Source: Basidiobolus meristosporus CBS 931.73
Lineage: Eukaryota > Fungi > Basidiobolomycota
Direction: 5' to 3'
DNA length: 64,000 bases
NCBI GenBank assembly: GCA_002104905.1
Contig: MCFE01000267.1
Location: 1-64,000 of the forward strand
Made by a program: the position numbers and the translations under genes. Below the pieces are notes generated by a model. That model saw only the letters and a list, made by a program, of their open reading frames with translations. It did no database searches and was not told the DNA's origin. This document shows, one piece after another, positions 10,154 through 22,723 of this stretch. Numbering within the stretch: the first letter of the stretch is position 1; each line of letters begins with the position of its first letter.

Positions 10154-11460
10154 ACCTTGGAGTATCTATCGCCAACTAAAACGTTATGAAATATTCGGAG
10201 GCCTTTGAGGGCGTGATTTGACAGGACGAGAAGGCGCTTTCTATGTGTGCTCTCTATCTACTGGTCGAAATGAGGGCGTATCTGATCCACGGGGACTGAT
10301 GATAATTAGCTGCTGGTTGGAATGAATAGATGGCCCTTCGTTTCCGCTCTTTAAAGGGTCAGAGGCTGAGTAGCGGGTAGAGGTGATATAAATCGAGTAC
10401 GCGGACATTCCGTACCTCGCCCCATTTATACACACAGGGATGGACGATTATTGAAGGGCAACCTTCAAAAGCACCGATTGAGTTTCAAAATGGTCAATAG
10501 ACCTTCATCCAAATAAAATAGGTTCTCATGCAGGACAGAAGTAATGTGAAGTGATGCGATATGCCAATCCATTCGATCAGTCCTTTAGGTAGCTTATCGG
10601 CTAACAAAGGATACGTATTGGAATCGTCGCCATGCACAAGCTGTTGACTATTCAATATAGCCATCGATGTCCCGCTTGTTGCCTACTGTTTGTGTAAAAT
10701 GCCGTTCTCTGCATGGCATGCACGTCGTACAAAATGTTGATGAAATCTTGCTTGATTTCCATGTTTCATTTGAAGGCCACCTGCCTTTACTACTTCCAGA
10801 ATCAGGCAATCCACAAAATCCCCTAGCAAGGTCATTCGGAACCCAACACCCATGCTGTAAACGAGCATTGGGGCTGCATCCAATTTCCCCGCGATGGAAA
10901 ATCTTCAGCAGCAACATTTCCAGGCATGAAGGATCCTTTGGCTCGGCAATTAAGCCCGGCAAGCAAGATGAAGGCTCTGTAGACTGTCGTGTGAATCGGC
11001 AGTGTCCTCTGTCAAAGCTGAGCTGGCCTCTCCTGTGCCACGGAGATCCGGAGAGTATAGTGACTTGAAGCTGGTCCCTCTGCAATATGCTAATGCGAAT
11101 TCGGTGTTTCTGGAAAGCCTATATTTGAAACCTAAAAATGGCGCCATTCTTAGTCCCAATCTAGTCATGAATCCGGCTGGGATGATGAATATGACCTGGT
11201 AGTGGTAAAATGTGCACTGCTATGTGACTACTAATCAGGTCACATCATGACCATTTGACGTGCCCTGTGGTACAGCGGCGATATTATCCTAATTCACCCT
11301 CCCCTCCATAATAATCCGGATCAACTAGTATTGCTCAATAATCGCTGTTGCTTGCATTCATCCCAGCATGAAAGTCAACATCAGATTGGGCTAAAACCAT
11401 CAGCTAGTCGGGTGACCTGGGTGAATTGGCCTCGCCACTAGCGTTTTATAGGGCCTGCGG

Positions 11461-13443
11461 ATGGGGAGAGAACTCACAGCTTGTTCTTGTTCTACAATGG
11501 AAAACTTTCTCTCTTTGCCACTTCAGATTGTTGAAGATATTTTAGCTCATTCGGAGTCTTTGGCAGCGTGGACTCTGGTTTCGAAAGAGCTCTATCAGCT
11601 AGTGTACACCTCTACTGGCCTTAAAGCAACCTGGCTTCGCCGTAGCTATATACGCGCCAAGAAGAAATTCCCCTCGGACAGTGCCTTTTGCCTAGATAGG
11701 AACAACTCCGGTTACGAAGAAGATCTGGATGACATGTCCAATGCGGATCTAATGATAGACGAATTAGCCGCTGAACAGGATGCGGAATTACTTTTCTTGT
11801 ACTGGAGACAGTACATGGGGGATTGCACTTTTGCAGAGGATGAAACTACATATCATCGGTGGATTTTGGATGACCAGTATCACAACCATTGGTTTATTTC
11901 TCGGTTCGCCAATATTATTCCGCGGCACACTGCCTTTCTAACACAGGAATTAGTGGAACTGCTGAAAAGTCACTATGCGAGCATATATGGCGAGATGTAC
12001 GACTCGCTCTTGCTAGCAACCATAAGAAACAACAGTCCAGATGCGATGCGTAGTCTATTACGGCAATCCCCAGACCCATTCGTACTCAAAAGACTACCCT
12101 TAGCATACGCTATCGGACAAGGATCCAGAGAAGTAACTCAGCTAATGTTGAGACAGTTTCGGGTGAAATTTAGCATGTGCCACGCAATCGCCTGTATCAA
12201 GGAAGGCGATATGGATGCCTTGGAGTGGATGCTACAGCGCTCGCTGAACAAATGCGACATATGGGATGGGAACTTTTGCGGGTTTATGCGTGCGCTGGGA
12301 ATCAGCCTGTCAAAAGGTGCGCATCGTAGTATTCGGTTGATTCTCGGCACGCTCGCGTGCTCAAATGGGCTTCCATCATTTGGCTTGCACAGATGGGTAA
12401 TGTATCCTACTCGTGAGCAATCACTCAACCCAGAGCCTTGGAAGTCAATCCTACGACAGGTGTGCTTTTGCTCTGCGGATATAGATACCTTTGAATTCGC
12501 AATTGGACTATGCGCCGAGATTAGCCAAGTCGACAAAAGGGTATGGCGTGAACAAGCGTTTCTCTGCTGCAGCAAATACTTCCCACGGTACATCACTCGA
12601 ACATTGGTGGAGCACCTTTTGTCCGGAGGGGTGGATCCCAACGTCTCAGAAGGGCTGGCTATGTGGTACGTTGGATCCAGCTTTATGAATGAAGAGCATT
12701 TTGAATATGAGATTCGAACTTTTGCTGCAATTCCCATCGACGACCCGATCGTCAACGGTGAGGTGTATCTCGATTTTGCCAACTCCTTGATTACCAGAGG
12801 GCTCCGAATTACTGAGAAACTAATTGGGAATTTTGTAACCGAGAATTATCGAAGGTTTCTCCAGATCCTCCATGCAAAACACAACCTGCCGCTGACTACC
12901 CAGTCGAAGTCTCTGCTATCTGTTGCACTGGACGCCCATATAATATCTACCAATATGATCCGATTCCTGCTGGCTAGCGGTGTTGCAGTCGATCCTAATC
13001 ATTTTCTTCTAGGCGTAACTAAGGGTCGATTGGACATAGTAGAGCTGCTATTCAATGGTTTGCATGATATCCAGCCTGCAACGATGGCACATGCGCTGGA
13101 GATTGCCGTGAAATGCATGCATCTGGAGATAGTCAATTTCTTGTTGGAGCACGGAGCAAGCCTGGAAAACTTGCTTAAGGAGTTCTGCATCAGCTATCCC
13201 AAAGACGGATCGTACTTGGAGATTAAATGGATAGTCAAGTTTCAGGATGATCATATTCAAGTGGACTTGGCCAGCAAGAAATGGTCGCTACAAACGCCAC
13301 GAGACGATGTATTTCTTGAGATCCTGAAAACTCTGGGCACCACCTGGTCAAAGCTTCAGAATATTCCCCGGGTGACGCTGCTGTTTTGCTCCGAAGGAAA
13401 GGCCGAACCACAGAATGTGATCAAGAAAGTGGTGCTTTCGTAG
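11461..13443 (+). CDS. F-box-like / ankyrin-repeat protein, intronless
   Basis: 660-codon ORF; N-terminal FLSLPLQIVEDILAH...WTLVSKELYQL is F-box-like; C-terminal ankyrin-like repeats (GVTKGRLDIVELLF, ALEIAVKCMHLEIVNFLLEHGA). The true start may be the second Met (MENFLSLP). Confidence 0.8.
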   Translation: MGRELTACSCSTMENFLSLPLQIVEDILAHSESLAAWTLVSKELYQLVYTSTGLKATWLRRSYIRAKKKFPSDSAFCLDRNNSGYEEDLDDMSNADLMIDELAAEQDAELLFLYWRQYMGDCTFAEDETTYHRWILDDQYHNHWFISRFANIIPRHTAFLTQELVELLKSHYASIYGEMYDSLLLATIRNNSPDAMRSLLRQSPDPFVLKRLPLAYAIGQGSREVTQLMLRQFRVKFSMCHAIACIKEGDMDALEWMLQRSLNKCDIWDGNFCGFMRALGISLSKGAHRSIRLILGTLACSNGLPSFGLHRWVMYPTREQSLNPEPWKSILRQVCFCSADIDTFEFAIGLCAEISQVDKRVWREQAFLCCSKYFPRYITRTLVEHLLSGGVDPNVSEGLAMWYVGSSFMNEEHFEYEIRTFAAIPIDDPIVNGEVYLDFANSLITRGLRITEKLIGNFVTENYRRFLQILHAKHNLPLTTQSKSLLSVALDAHIISTNMIRFLLASGVAVDPNHFLLGVTKGRLDIVELLFNGLHDIQPATMAHALEIAVKCMHLEIVNFLLEHGASLENLLKEFCISYPKDGSYLEIKWIVKFQDDHIQVDLASKKWSLQTPRDDVFLEILKTLGTTWSKLQNIPRVTLLFCSEGKAEPQNVIKKVVLS

Positions 13444-13682
13444 GGACGATCAGCTTACCGGCTTACACCTCGCCTGCGTTGGCAGAAGTCACTCCATTAC
13501 CCATGATGTTGTTACAACTCGACCGGTAGTACTCAGAATACCTTCTCTTTTCCTTCCTATCTTCGCTTTAATTTTCCATTGTAATTTATTTGCTTTCTTG
13601 TCGTGTATGGAGCATTTGCCTGAACACCACACAAACAACAACAGCCTTGTTGCTGCGGCGACGAGTCAGGATTTGCATTTAG

Positions 13683-14451
13683 CTATATACATGTATCCAA
13701 GTGTATTTTACTCGAAGCAGTGTGATATATATTTGGTGTTACTAAAAATCCAGTGAAGGTAATGTACAGTTGATTCGCTTGTACAAAAAACTCGATCTTT
13801 CGTGCCAATAGATATGGGTTCAAACATTCTTTGGAAAGACGTGTTGTATTGTCTGGACAATACTGGACAAAGATGGTCGTATCTAGTTGTGGGGTGGCCT
13901 CAAGGGCGGCGCAAAATCTGGTTAGTCCGCTAAAATCGCTTACTACGGTTACCATCATGCTGCAGGGTTGACATCATGGGGTTGGTATAACCACATCCAT
14001 CAGGGTGGCATTATCGCATTCATTTAATTCAGGCTTGGTGAATGATTCGTTCTGGGAAATCAGGATTCTTTGTAGCTAGCTACAATTCGCCAAAGGGGCA
14101 ACAATAGGCAAGGCCCAGAATCAGTTAAGGTTATCTGGTGTATTCTCGGGATGGCACATGGGGCCATTTGCAAGCCAGATGAGGGGTAAATAAGTAGTCG
14201 TTGGCATGGATTACAGCGAATTCACCTGTCAGGCAGACTTTCCTTCAGGCCAATTCAGGTGATTTGACTCCTTCACTAGGGTATGACTGAGGCAGTTCGT
14301 GTGACCGGGCTTGCGCCAAGGCAGAGAATCGCATCCCAAGGGGCATTGGCATGGTGATTATTGTCGAAGCCCGATGGAGTGCGATCGCGGAAAATGAGAA
14401 TAATCCGCAGAGCAACGCGGTTGAGAGAAAAGACACAGCTTGGCTAAACAT
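13683..14451 (-). other. Possible small secreted-protein gene or pseudogene (unresolved)
   Basis: Signal-peptide-like start MFSQAVSFLSTALLCGLFSFSAIA (14451) and a downstream open segment (...VQYCPDNTTRLSKECLNPYLLARKIEFF...) preceded by ctaaccag; no consistent splice model found. Confidence 0.25.
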
Positions 14452-15028
14452 AACCCAGTATCCATTTTCATGAACCTGGTTTCGTCATTCAGCGCTATGC
14501 AATACATCATTGACCGGAATGCGGCTTGGCACCATTTGCTGAAACATGACTGCTAACGAGCCCGTAGTTGGGATGGCTCACATACGTCAGCCATATATAG
14601 AACAGAAGGGTCATCAGGTGATCAACGCTATATGCACCATTACGCAGAAATAGAATGGTGCGTACAATTTAGGAAGGGTTGTTTGATCCATGGAGAGTCT
14701 TGGCTGCTGGCTCGATGCGTCATAGAGTGACTTCATTGACTCAATCAAAGGTTTTATACTGATCTCCACTGACCCGCTCAGGCGGTGATCGATCATACTC
14801 AAGAACCAGAATCATAGTTGACTAGTTCGGTAACCCATGATCCACCTTATAGTCAAACTGTGCTGGCTGTTCGCTCCGTGTCCAATCAAGCTTTGCAGGA
14901 CCGGGCTCTTGGTTGTATAAGAGATGATGGTTTGCAAGATAATCCCATTTAATCCGCATTGTCCTATTTCAATACATCTGCAATCTGTTTCGTAGGTGCG
15001 CCTCTTCACCGCCTAATACTACTATTTC

Positions 15029-16055
15029 ATGTTCAAGAATGATTACCCGCCAGGACATCTGCGCAAGCTTACTCTCTCCTATTTGAAGGATTGGGTTCTA
15101 GTTGCCGTTCTCACCGTTGGCTTCTTTTTGATCGATAAAATCTCACCTTTTCATAGAGATTTTTCGTTGCAGAACAAGTCAATCAGTTTTCCCTATAAGA
15201 CCAAGGAGACGATCCCCATCTGGCTGGGCGTCATCTTCGCCCTGGTAGTCCCGCTTGTGATTATTGTGTTCATTGCCATTGTGATCCGAAGAAGCCCCTA
15301 TGACTGTCATAACGCTTTGCTAGGCCTATGTTTATCATTTTCACTAGCCCTTATGTTTACTGACGCCTTGAAGATCACAGTCGGGCGTCATCGTCCAGAC
15401 TTCCTCTCTCGATGCCAGGTTCGCTACGAGGATGGAAATCCACCTCAAGATCCACCCTTGGGCCTGACCACCACCGCCATCTGCACCCAGACGGACGAAT
15501 TTATCTTCAACGACGGTCTTAAGAGTTTCCCAAGTGCGCACACCTCACGTAAGTGCCAACCAGCAACCGAGGGGGGATGTCCACTAATACTAACATTGTT
15601 GCAAACCAGTGGGCTTTGCTGGCTTAGGATTCCTTAGTCTGTATCTAGCAGGCAAACTGCACCTCTTCGATGGTCGTGGGCACACCTACAAAAGCTTCTT
15701 AGTCGTTCTCCCGGTGGTTGGCGCCCTGCTAATAGGAATCTCGCGTATCTGTGACTACAGACATCATTGGTCAGACGTGTTTACTGGGGCTATCATTGGG
15801 ATAGTGACCGCGTGTTTTTCTTATCGTCAGTACTTCCCCTCACTTGGGATTACTCGATGTGACAAGCCCTTTTCCCCACGAATTCCAAGACCCATATCCA
15901 GGGCTGTGGATAGGATCAACAATAATAACCGCAACGAAATAACTGAAAGCCCGGAGCAATATGACCTGCCTCAGTTTGCCAGATCGCACTCCAAAGCCGA
16001 CCAGCTCTGTAGTATCGTGGTGAACGACCAGCAAGGCAGGAGCCCACGAAGCTAG
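15029..16055 (+). CDS. PAP2-family lipid phosphate phosphatase (DPP1-like), 2 exons
   Basis: Intron 15549-15609 (GTAAGT...CTAAC...CAG) joins the two ORFs in frame; motifs KITVGRHRPDF (C1), FPSAHTS (C2), SRICDYRHHWSDV (C3); several hydrophobic helices. Confidence 0.93.
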
Positions 16056-16593
16056 GCAGCCGTTCATTACATGGGCGACGGTTTCGGGTTCTGTTGGCGC
16101 TTCTGCCAATCCAACTGACTCGACCCCTTGCCCGCCATGGCTGTTTAGTCGCACTAGATATAATAAGCCTAGTTTAATGCGCCATTCTAGTGCACCAAAC
16201 CTTAGTGTATCGCAGGAGCAATCACCCACATTGATTACAATTGTACCATTAATATTTCCTACAATATACGCGGCTTGGCCTGACATATGTGTGGCACAGT
16301 CATCAGGTATTGGATCGTTCCATACGCTTGGCAGGTTTCATGATGATACTACAGGCACTCTGGGGATTGACTTTGTGGGTCATGCAGACGTGCCAGAGTC
16401 CCCAGCAGTGGGGGAGATGTCCCATTCAGCTACGACGTTGGATGGTCACGAGGTTTTCCCGGTGACTCTATCATTGCGGGAGGGATTCAGCGCGTGCTCA
16501 GTTGAGTTTAGGAAATAAAGGTTTATTGGGTTTCTATTTACGACAAAATTGATGATTTACAATTTAGATTTCCATTTGGCGCAAAATTAGCCA

Positions 16594-17169
16594 TCATTCG
16601 TTCAGAACGTACAATCCAAGCCAGCCCAACCCCAGTAGCCCAGGGACGATGCTGAATTCATGGCTGCTCACTGCACCAGAGATCGACCCCAGATGGCTCA
16701 TTGGGTTGGCCTGGATGGGCTTGGAGTTTTCCAGATGTTTCCAATCTAGGTCCACGTTTGTTTCGTGAACGGCGTGAGATAGGTCGTTAATGTCGGGGAT
16801 CCCTACCGCGAGGATGGTGAAGTTGTGCGAAGACTTGTGGAAGTCATTTTCTGGGTCAACAAACTCAAGGTAGTAGTCCGTACCAGGGGAGATGGACTTA
16901 GGGACGGTCCACTTGATCATCCCTTCGGAACCGACATTTTGCGCTATATTTGTTACCTGTTTTGGGTGATCCGGATCGCCATTTGTTCGGTACAGATCCA
17001 ACGAGACGTTCGGGTATGTGGTGTCGAAATTGTCTGCAGTTTCGTACGTGATTTCCACACGTTGTCCTCGAGTCCAGGCCGTTTTGTGGGTGGGTGAGGT
17101 GATTTTAAACCTGACTGCCATTGTGATGGGGAGAACAAACAGTCCCCAGGTGAGCCAAGGTACGCGCAT
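16594..17169 (-). CDS. Secreted/GPI-anchored protein with Kre9/KNH-like Ig-like domain
   Basis: Signal peptide, ITSPTHKTAWTRGQRVEITY...KWTVPKSISPGTDYYLEF...SHNFTI beta-sandwich signature, small-residue omega region (SGAVSS) and hydrophobic C-terminal tail. Confidence 0.85.
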   Translation of the reverse strand: MRVPWLTWGLFVLPITMAVRFKITSPTHKTAWTRGQRVEITYETADNFDTTYPNVSLDLYRTNGDPDHPKQVTNIAQNVGSEGMIKWTVPKSISPGTDYYLEFVDPENDFHKSSHNFTILAVGIPDINDLSHAVHETNVDLDWKHLENSKPIQANPMSHLGSISGAVSSHEFSIVPGLLGLGWLGLYVLNE

Positions 17170-18808
17170 GCTTCAGGAAGTGCTCCGTAGAGGTGATTAT
17201 CGCAATGGTGGTATGTCCGGTGGGATTCCCAGGGACGAGTGAGAAGAGAAAAGGTTGAATGACCAAAAGAAGGGCCTGCCGGCGATGGCAAGGTGCTTTT
17301 ATTTCGTGGTGGTTGTTTGAGAACTGTTACGTGTTTCATGGGGTTTTGGGAGATCGGTGCATATCCATCTACCGGCCAGTCCAGGTAAAGCACAGTCGAA
17401 CAAACAGTGTCCCGATTGTTTGGAATCGACATCGGAAAACAAGCACCACCCCGGTTCTGGTGTTTGAAATGCATCGTCGATACGCGCACCTCGACCCACG
17501 CAAAAGTGATGAAACGACTCGCTCTCTCACTAACATTCCGGTATTAGGAATGCAGTCTGTGGAGTTGTTAGCCACATGGCCGCTTCTATCCGCGCGACCT
17601 CTAGCCGCAGAATTCCAGAATGCCAACAAGGGGTAGCGCCTCTTTGTCTGAGACTGGTTTGAATATCTTTATTAGACTGGGGACACTGCGACGCCTCAGA
17701 CGTAATTCAAGGCACAACAAGTCGCGGCCTGCTTCCAAGAACCCATTTGCCAGTCGTTCCTACTGCTGGCCCACTCACCAAAATGCTCTGATCAGACTCG
17801 ATCCCGGGTGGGTTACATTTATCACGAATGATGCTGTTTGGGTTTTGAGAATATTCCGGCGCATCAGACTGAGGTTGTGAAATCTCGATCATATTAATTA
17901 GTGCCAGGGCGCCTCGACTGGCGATGTGTTTCACGTCTACACAATAACCTGGCTGCTTATGGAAAGACAACAATGGCATGTATTGGGAGTTCCTCATGAG
18001 CACAAAGTCATGCAGAACGCTCACAGATCAACGAATCCCATCAGTGTGCATCTCCATGGAGATCCCTGGTGGCAGTCACCGCCTACCCGGGCACGCCAGA
18101 CGCGGGAGCATTGGTAGCGGAAGGCCCAGAGCAGCATTGCACGATGATGAAGAGCCCAGTGTCCCAAGTAAGACCATATGCAGGACGATCCTAGGAGGAG
18201 GCTCTTGTTCCATTCTTTTTCATTCGTGTTGTGGAATTCTTGCACAGGTTTTACCATCCACCGTCCATCCTCCACGTCAGCCTGCATCCTAACACCACGC
18301 AAGGCAGGATTTCAAGAGTGCGGGGCAAATTATGCTGAACTAATCAGGAGGCTAGAGATCGCGGTGCTGGCCCATTTTATCCATGCCATTCCCAGCCAAT
18401 GGACCAGGGTGAAATTCCCACTGCACTTGACAGTGTGGCATTCTGGCCAATAAATCGCCGGATGGGCCACGGATTGGTGTGATACCGCTAAATAAGTATT
18501 CGTGTCCCCTTTTTAACCTGAATTCTACTTCATATATCGGGATTCCCTTGTAGATTAGCTAGAACTCAATTCCATCTGTCTTATGCATTAACTCGGGAGT
18601 TTTGCCCCAACTGATAGGCTTCAATCTTTGCGACCACTTTCCATTGCCATTGAGTAATCATCTATCAGTGGGAATTTTGGCGTCTACCCCTCTGCTTGAC
18701 AAGTTTTTTTGGTGTATTTTTGACGTATTCCGCAAACAGTGACTCCTCCACACCTATAAGCGGCCAGGAAGTGCTGAGGGCTTGTTTTATTCTTTGTTGT
18801 TTATAGCC

Positions 18809-21800
18809 ATGCAAGTTGCCCCTTCATCCTCTCCAATACATGTTGGAAATGGCTTACATCCTATCAGCCAAAAGCGTCACTCCCCCTATAAGCTTTCGCA
18901 GCTGCCCCCTGCCCCGGCGCCAGCACATACGAACACCAGTACTCCCTCACCAATTACTGCAATATCTCCTACAAACATCGAGTTCCAAGATGGACCCAAT
19001 CTGCAGACGGCTCCACCTATGGTCAGAATTAGGCATAAAAGGTCCATCTCCTTCAGTGGCAATTCATCAGCATTATGGAAAAATAGTAGCCCAATCGACG
19101 GAGGCCCACCCAGTCTCTCGCCTGGTGAGTTCCTTCTGGCAGGCATCTGCGTCATCTTGACTAACCTTATAGCATCCGGTATCCTCACTTAGAGCTCCCT
19201 GCCCCCCGCACTGCTCAACCTCGGCCCACCGTAACCACCGTTCCAAAATCCTGGATTCAGCTCCCATCCTCCCCCAAAGTAAGACCCACTGAAAGCCCGC
19301 AAAAGTAAGACCTCTCGTGGACTCTGCTCATCAAGTTATTGAAGGCTCACCATTCCGACTTCCTCTAGCTCCAAAGAAGCCCCTTCCTCTAAACTGAGCC
19401 TTTTCAGGTCGTCCACCACCGATTCTAGAGCCCGAGCCAAGACGGAGCGGATCCGGAATTTCTCCCAAGGCTCCTCTGGGCTTGGGAGTATGTCCCTCTC
19501 TAAGCCATCCTCCTTTGATACCCTCAAACTTGAATCAACAGTCAGTGCTTCATTTCTGCTTGCTTACTTACTTGCTGGTATTCACCTACGTCTAGAAAAA
19601 ACCCAACAGGGAATTGAAAAGCTCTACACTGGGTAATCCATCGATGTTCACCCGACTACGCGCAAACTCCCTTTCCACAAACAGCACAGGGTCCAGTCTA
19701 AACAGTGCCCCTCGCGTGTCGTTCCTTCAGGCCAACACTGCAGCCAAGCCGGAGGCAGAGAGGAGTCGACTGGAATCAAAAAGTAAACTCAAAAGCAGTA
19801 CTGCTCTAGCGTCTCAAAACTCCTTACCGGATAGAGGTATCCAAACTGGGAACAGCGAAGCATCTCCTAGAGTCCCTAACCGGAGGAACACGTTGTCCAA
19901 TAGCATGTCGGGACAGCGATCCCTACCCAAGCCAACCAACATCGAGTCTTCTTCACTAGGTTCCAAGACCTTTACGGATGACTCTCGATCCGTAGACTCG
20001 AAAATATCCTCTCGTAAAAAGGTATTTATATCCAACCTCCGACCAATACCATAGGAAAGCTTGCTGACAAGTGGTTCTAGCCGCCGACGATCCCGGAGAT
20101 TGATCAAAGTGCTGTAAAAGGAGCAAAAGAGCAATCAAAGGGTCTACTGACGCCAAGACGAATCGGCAAAATGGGCTCTAAAAGCCGGGAATCCTCTCCC
20201 TACCTTTCAGACGGAGACAATTCTACGATCTCCAAACATAGCCCCTCAGCGAGGTTGCGTCCAACTCCCACGAAGTCGCTGACGCCGTCACAGAAGTTGG
20301 CCCAGGATCCCCGGGGGAAGTTCGAGAAATCCCCAACCAAGCAGAAGCACAATCACATCAACGAAGTCAAAGCCTCCTCTCCGCTCAATCCCAGGCAGAG
20401 CACCTCCAGAACCGCAAAGCCACGAACGTTGGGGCTGGTTAAAGAGGAAGAGCCCGCGAATGTGGCAGTGACCCCTGAGTCTGCAACCAAAGACCTGAAA
20501 AGCAGCTACACCGACAAGTACTTGCAATACAGCCATCTCAATCGGAGTCGCATGCCCACCAAGACCCAACCGACGGAGACTGATAAGGCCAAACAAGGCG
20601 AAGATGGGGAGGAATCGCCTCAAGAAAACGCAGAAACCGGGTTCAGTCCACAGCGTAGGTCATATCCAATATGCCACATATGTAGCTTGTACTAATGCAT
20701 CAACATGCCTCAGATATCTTGAAAAGCCCTAGTTATAAGCTGTATTCTTATGAAAGAACCGAGATCTTACAGTATCCGCGCATCTATTACTGTGGCCAGC
20801 ACAATCGCAAGAGGCCGAATCTTGCCACTGGAACTGCCAATTTCGGTAAGCAACCTTGATATCTTTGCATCGGTATGCGCTCTCCAACCCGATTTAATCA
20901 ATTCGCTGCAGGGTTTGACGACGAGCGAGGCGATTACCTGATCAATTTGAACGACCATCTGCTCTATCGCTACGAGATTCTGGATGTGCTCGGGAAAGGA
21001 TCTTTCGGGCAGGTCATCAAGGCACAGGACCACAAGACTGGCCAGCAAGTAGCGATCAAACTCATACGCAACAAGAAACGGTTCCACACCCAGGCTTTAG
21101 TGGAGCTGAAGATTCTTGAATGCATCAAGAAATGGGTACGCAAACTCCATGCGCGCGGAAAGCAACCACGTACTAACCGGGTTTTCCCCAGGACCCTGAC
21201 GACACTAAGAATTTGGTTCACATCCACCACCATTTCTACTTTCGAAGCCACCTGTGCATTGTCTTCGAGCTGCTGAGTATCAACCTCTACGAGTTCTTGA
21301 GAAGCAACGCGTTCCAGGGTTGCAGCGTAAACTTAATCCGCCGTTTTACAGTTCAAATGTTACGAGCATTGTCGCTGCTGAACAAACACCACGTCGTTCA
21401 CTGTGACCTTAAGCCGGAGGTACACCATGCTCCTGCTGAATGAAGTCACTTGACACCCCTCACTGACCTCCCGAATCCCACTAGAATGTGCTTCTGAAGT
21501 ATCCCAACAAGAGCGCCATCAAGGTCATCGACCTAGGAAGCAGCTGTTTCGAGAGTGAACGAAGTAGGTTGGCCTCTTTTATGTAGGAAAGAGGGACATG
21601 CTAATGAGTCTTTTGTCTCCCTAGTTTACACTTATATTCAAAGCCGCTTTTACAGATCTCCTGAAGTTATCCTAGGTAGAGTTGGGTGATAGTGGCACCT
21701 TGCCTGCGGCCATCTTACTAAAGTGTGCTATCAATTGTAGGCATACCGTACAACACGGCCATAGATATGTGGAGTTTGGGGTGCATCATAGCCGAGCTAT

Positions 21801-22485
21801 ACACCGGATATCCACTCTTCCCTGGAGAAAGTGAAAGAGAGCAATTGAGCTGTATCATGGAGTTGTTGGGGGTACCTCCAACCTACCTGATCGAAAAGAG
21901 CTCCAGAAGAGCCGCATTTTTCGGTAGCCACCTCTCGATAACTGCAAAGCACTCCCCAAGCTTTCGCTAAACTAACCTCATCATTATGTAGACTCGGGCA
22001 GCAACCCACGCCCCGTGATCAACTCGAAGGGGAAGCGGCGGTCCCCGGGAACCAAAAGTGTGAACCAGGTGTTAAAATGTACGGACGAAGCATTTATGGA
22101 CTTCATAGCGAAATGCTTAGAATGGGACCCGGAAAAGCGAATGACCCCGGATGAGGGATTGGGCCATTATTGGATCACGGGTGTTGTTGAAGCACCGAAG
22201 CCCTCTATACCAGCTGCTCCTCCTTCCTCCACTCCTATCTCATTGAGGCGAAAATCGATGGTTGTGAGGAACACCAACGCATCCAACGAATCATCGGAAC
22301 CCTGCTCTTCGTATCGCCACTCACCACTTGCACCGGTCGTCACCGTTGCCACCACCAGAGGGACCTTGGGAGATATGGCAACGTTGTCGAAACCGGCTAG
22401 TGGGAATCTGCTAGGCACCAGTTATCAGAGCAGCATTGACATATTAAGGAAACAAAGCAACGGCGCCCGGCCATCCGACGCTTGA
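18809..22485 (+). CDS. Dual-specificity tyrosine-regulated kinase, class 2 DYRK (Pom1/DYRK2-like), multi-exon, long Ser-rich N-terminus
   Basis: DH box [40 protein letters not shown]|[29 protein letters not shown] (YxY activation loop), [20 protein letters not shown]; GT-AG introns of ~60 nt. Start ATG at 18809 is tentative. Confidence 0.93.
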
Positions 22486-22653
22486 TGTCGTAGCTTCTGG
22501 ATCAAGGCACTCATCAAATGCGTGCCACTAAATCACTCATCCACAGCTCATAGCTACTTCTGGTCAAATACGAGTCGGTTGGCATCCCTAATGAGCGATC
22601 CCTCTCCACTCCTTTTACCAGCCACTCCGATTTAATGTATACTAATGGAATCG

Positions 22654-22692
22654 CACACACATACACTTACACATACACACCCACCCACCCAT

Positions 22693-22723
<31 letters not shown>
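22654..22723. repeat. Compound (CA)n/(TA)n microsatellite downstream of the DYRK gene
   Basis: cacacacatacacttacacatacacacccacccacccatacacacacacacatatatatatatatatata. Confidence 0.9.

Noticed and set aside
12138-12782. 214-aa antisense ORF and similar antisense/shadow ORFs over the NRPS, PAP2, DYRK, F-box/LRR and OYE genes
   Set aside because: They are shadows of well-supported genes on the other strand or frame and have no motifs of their own.
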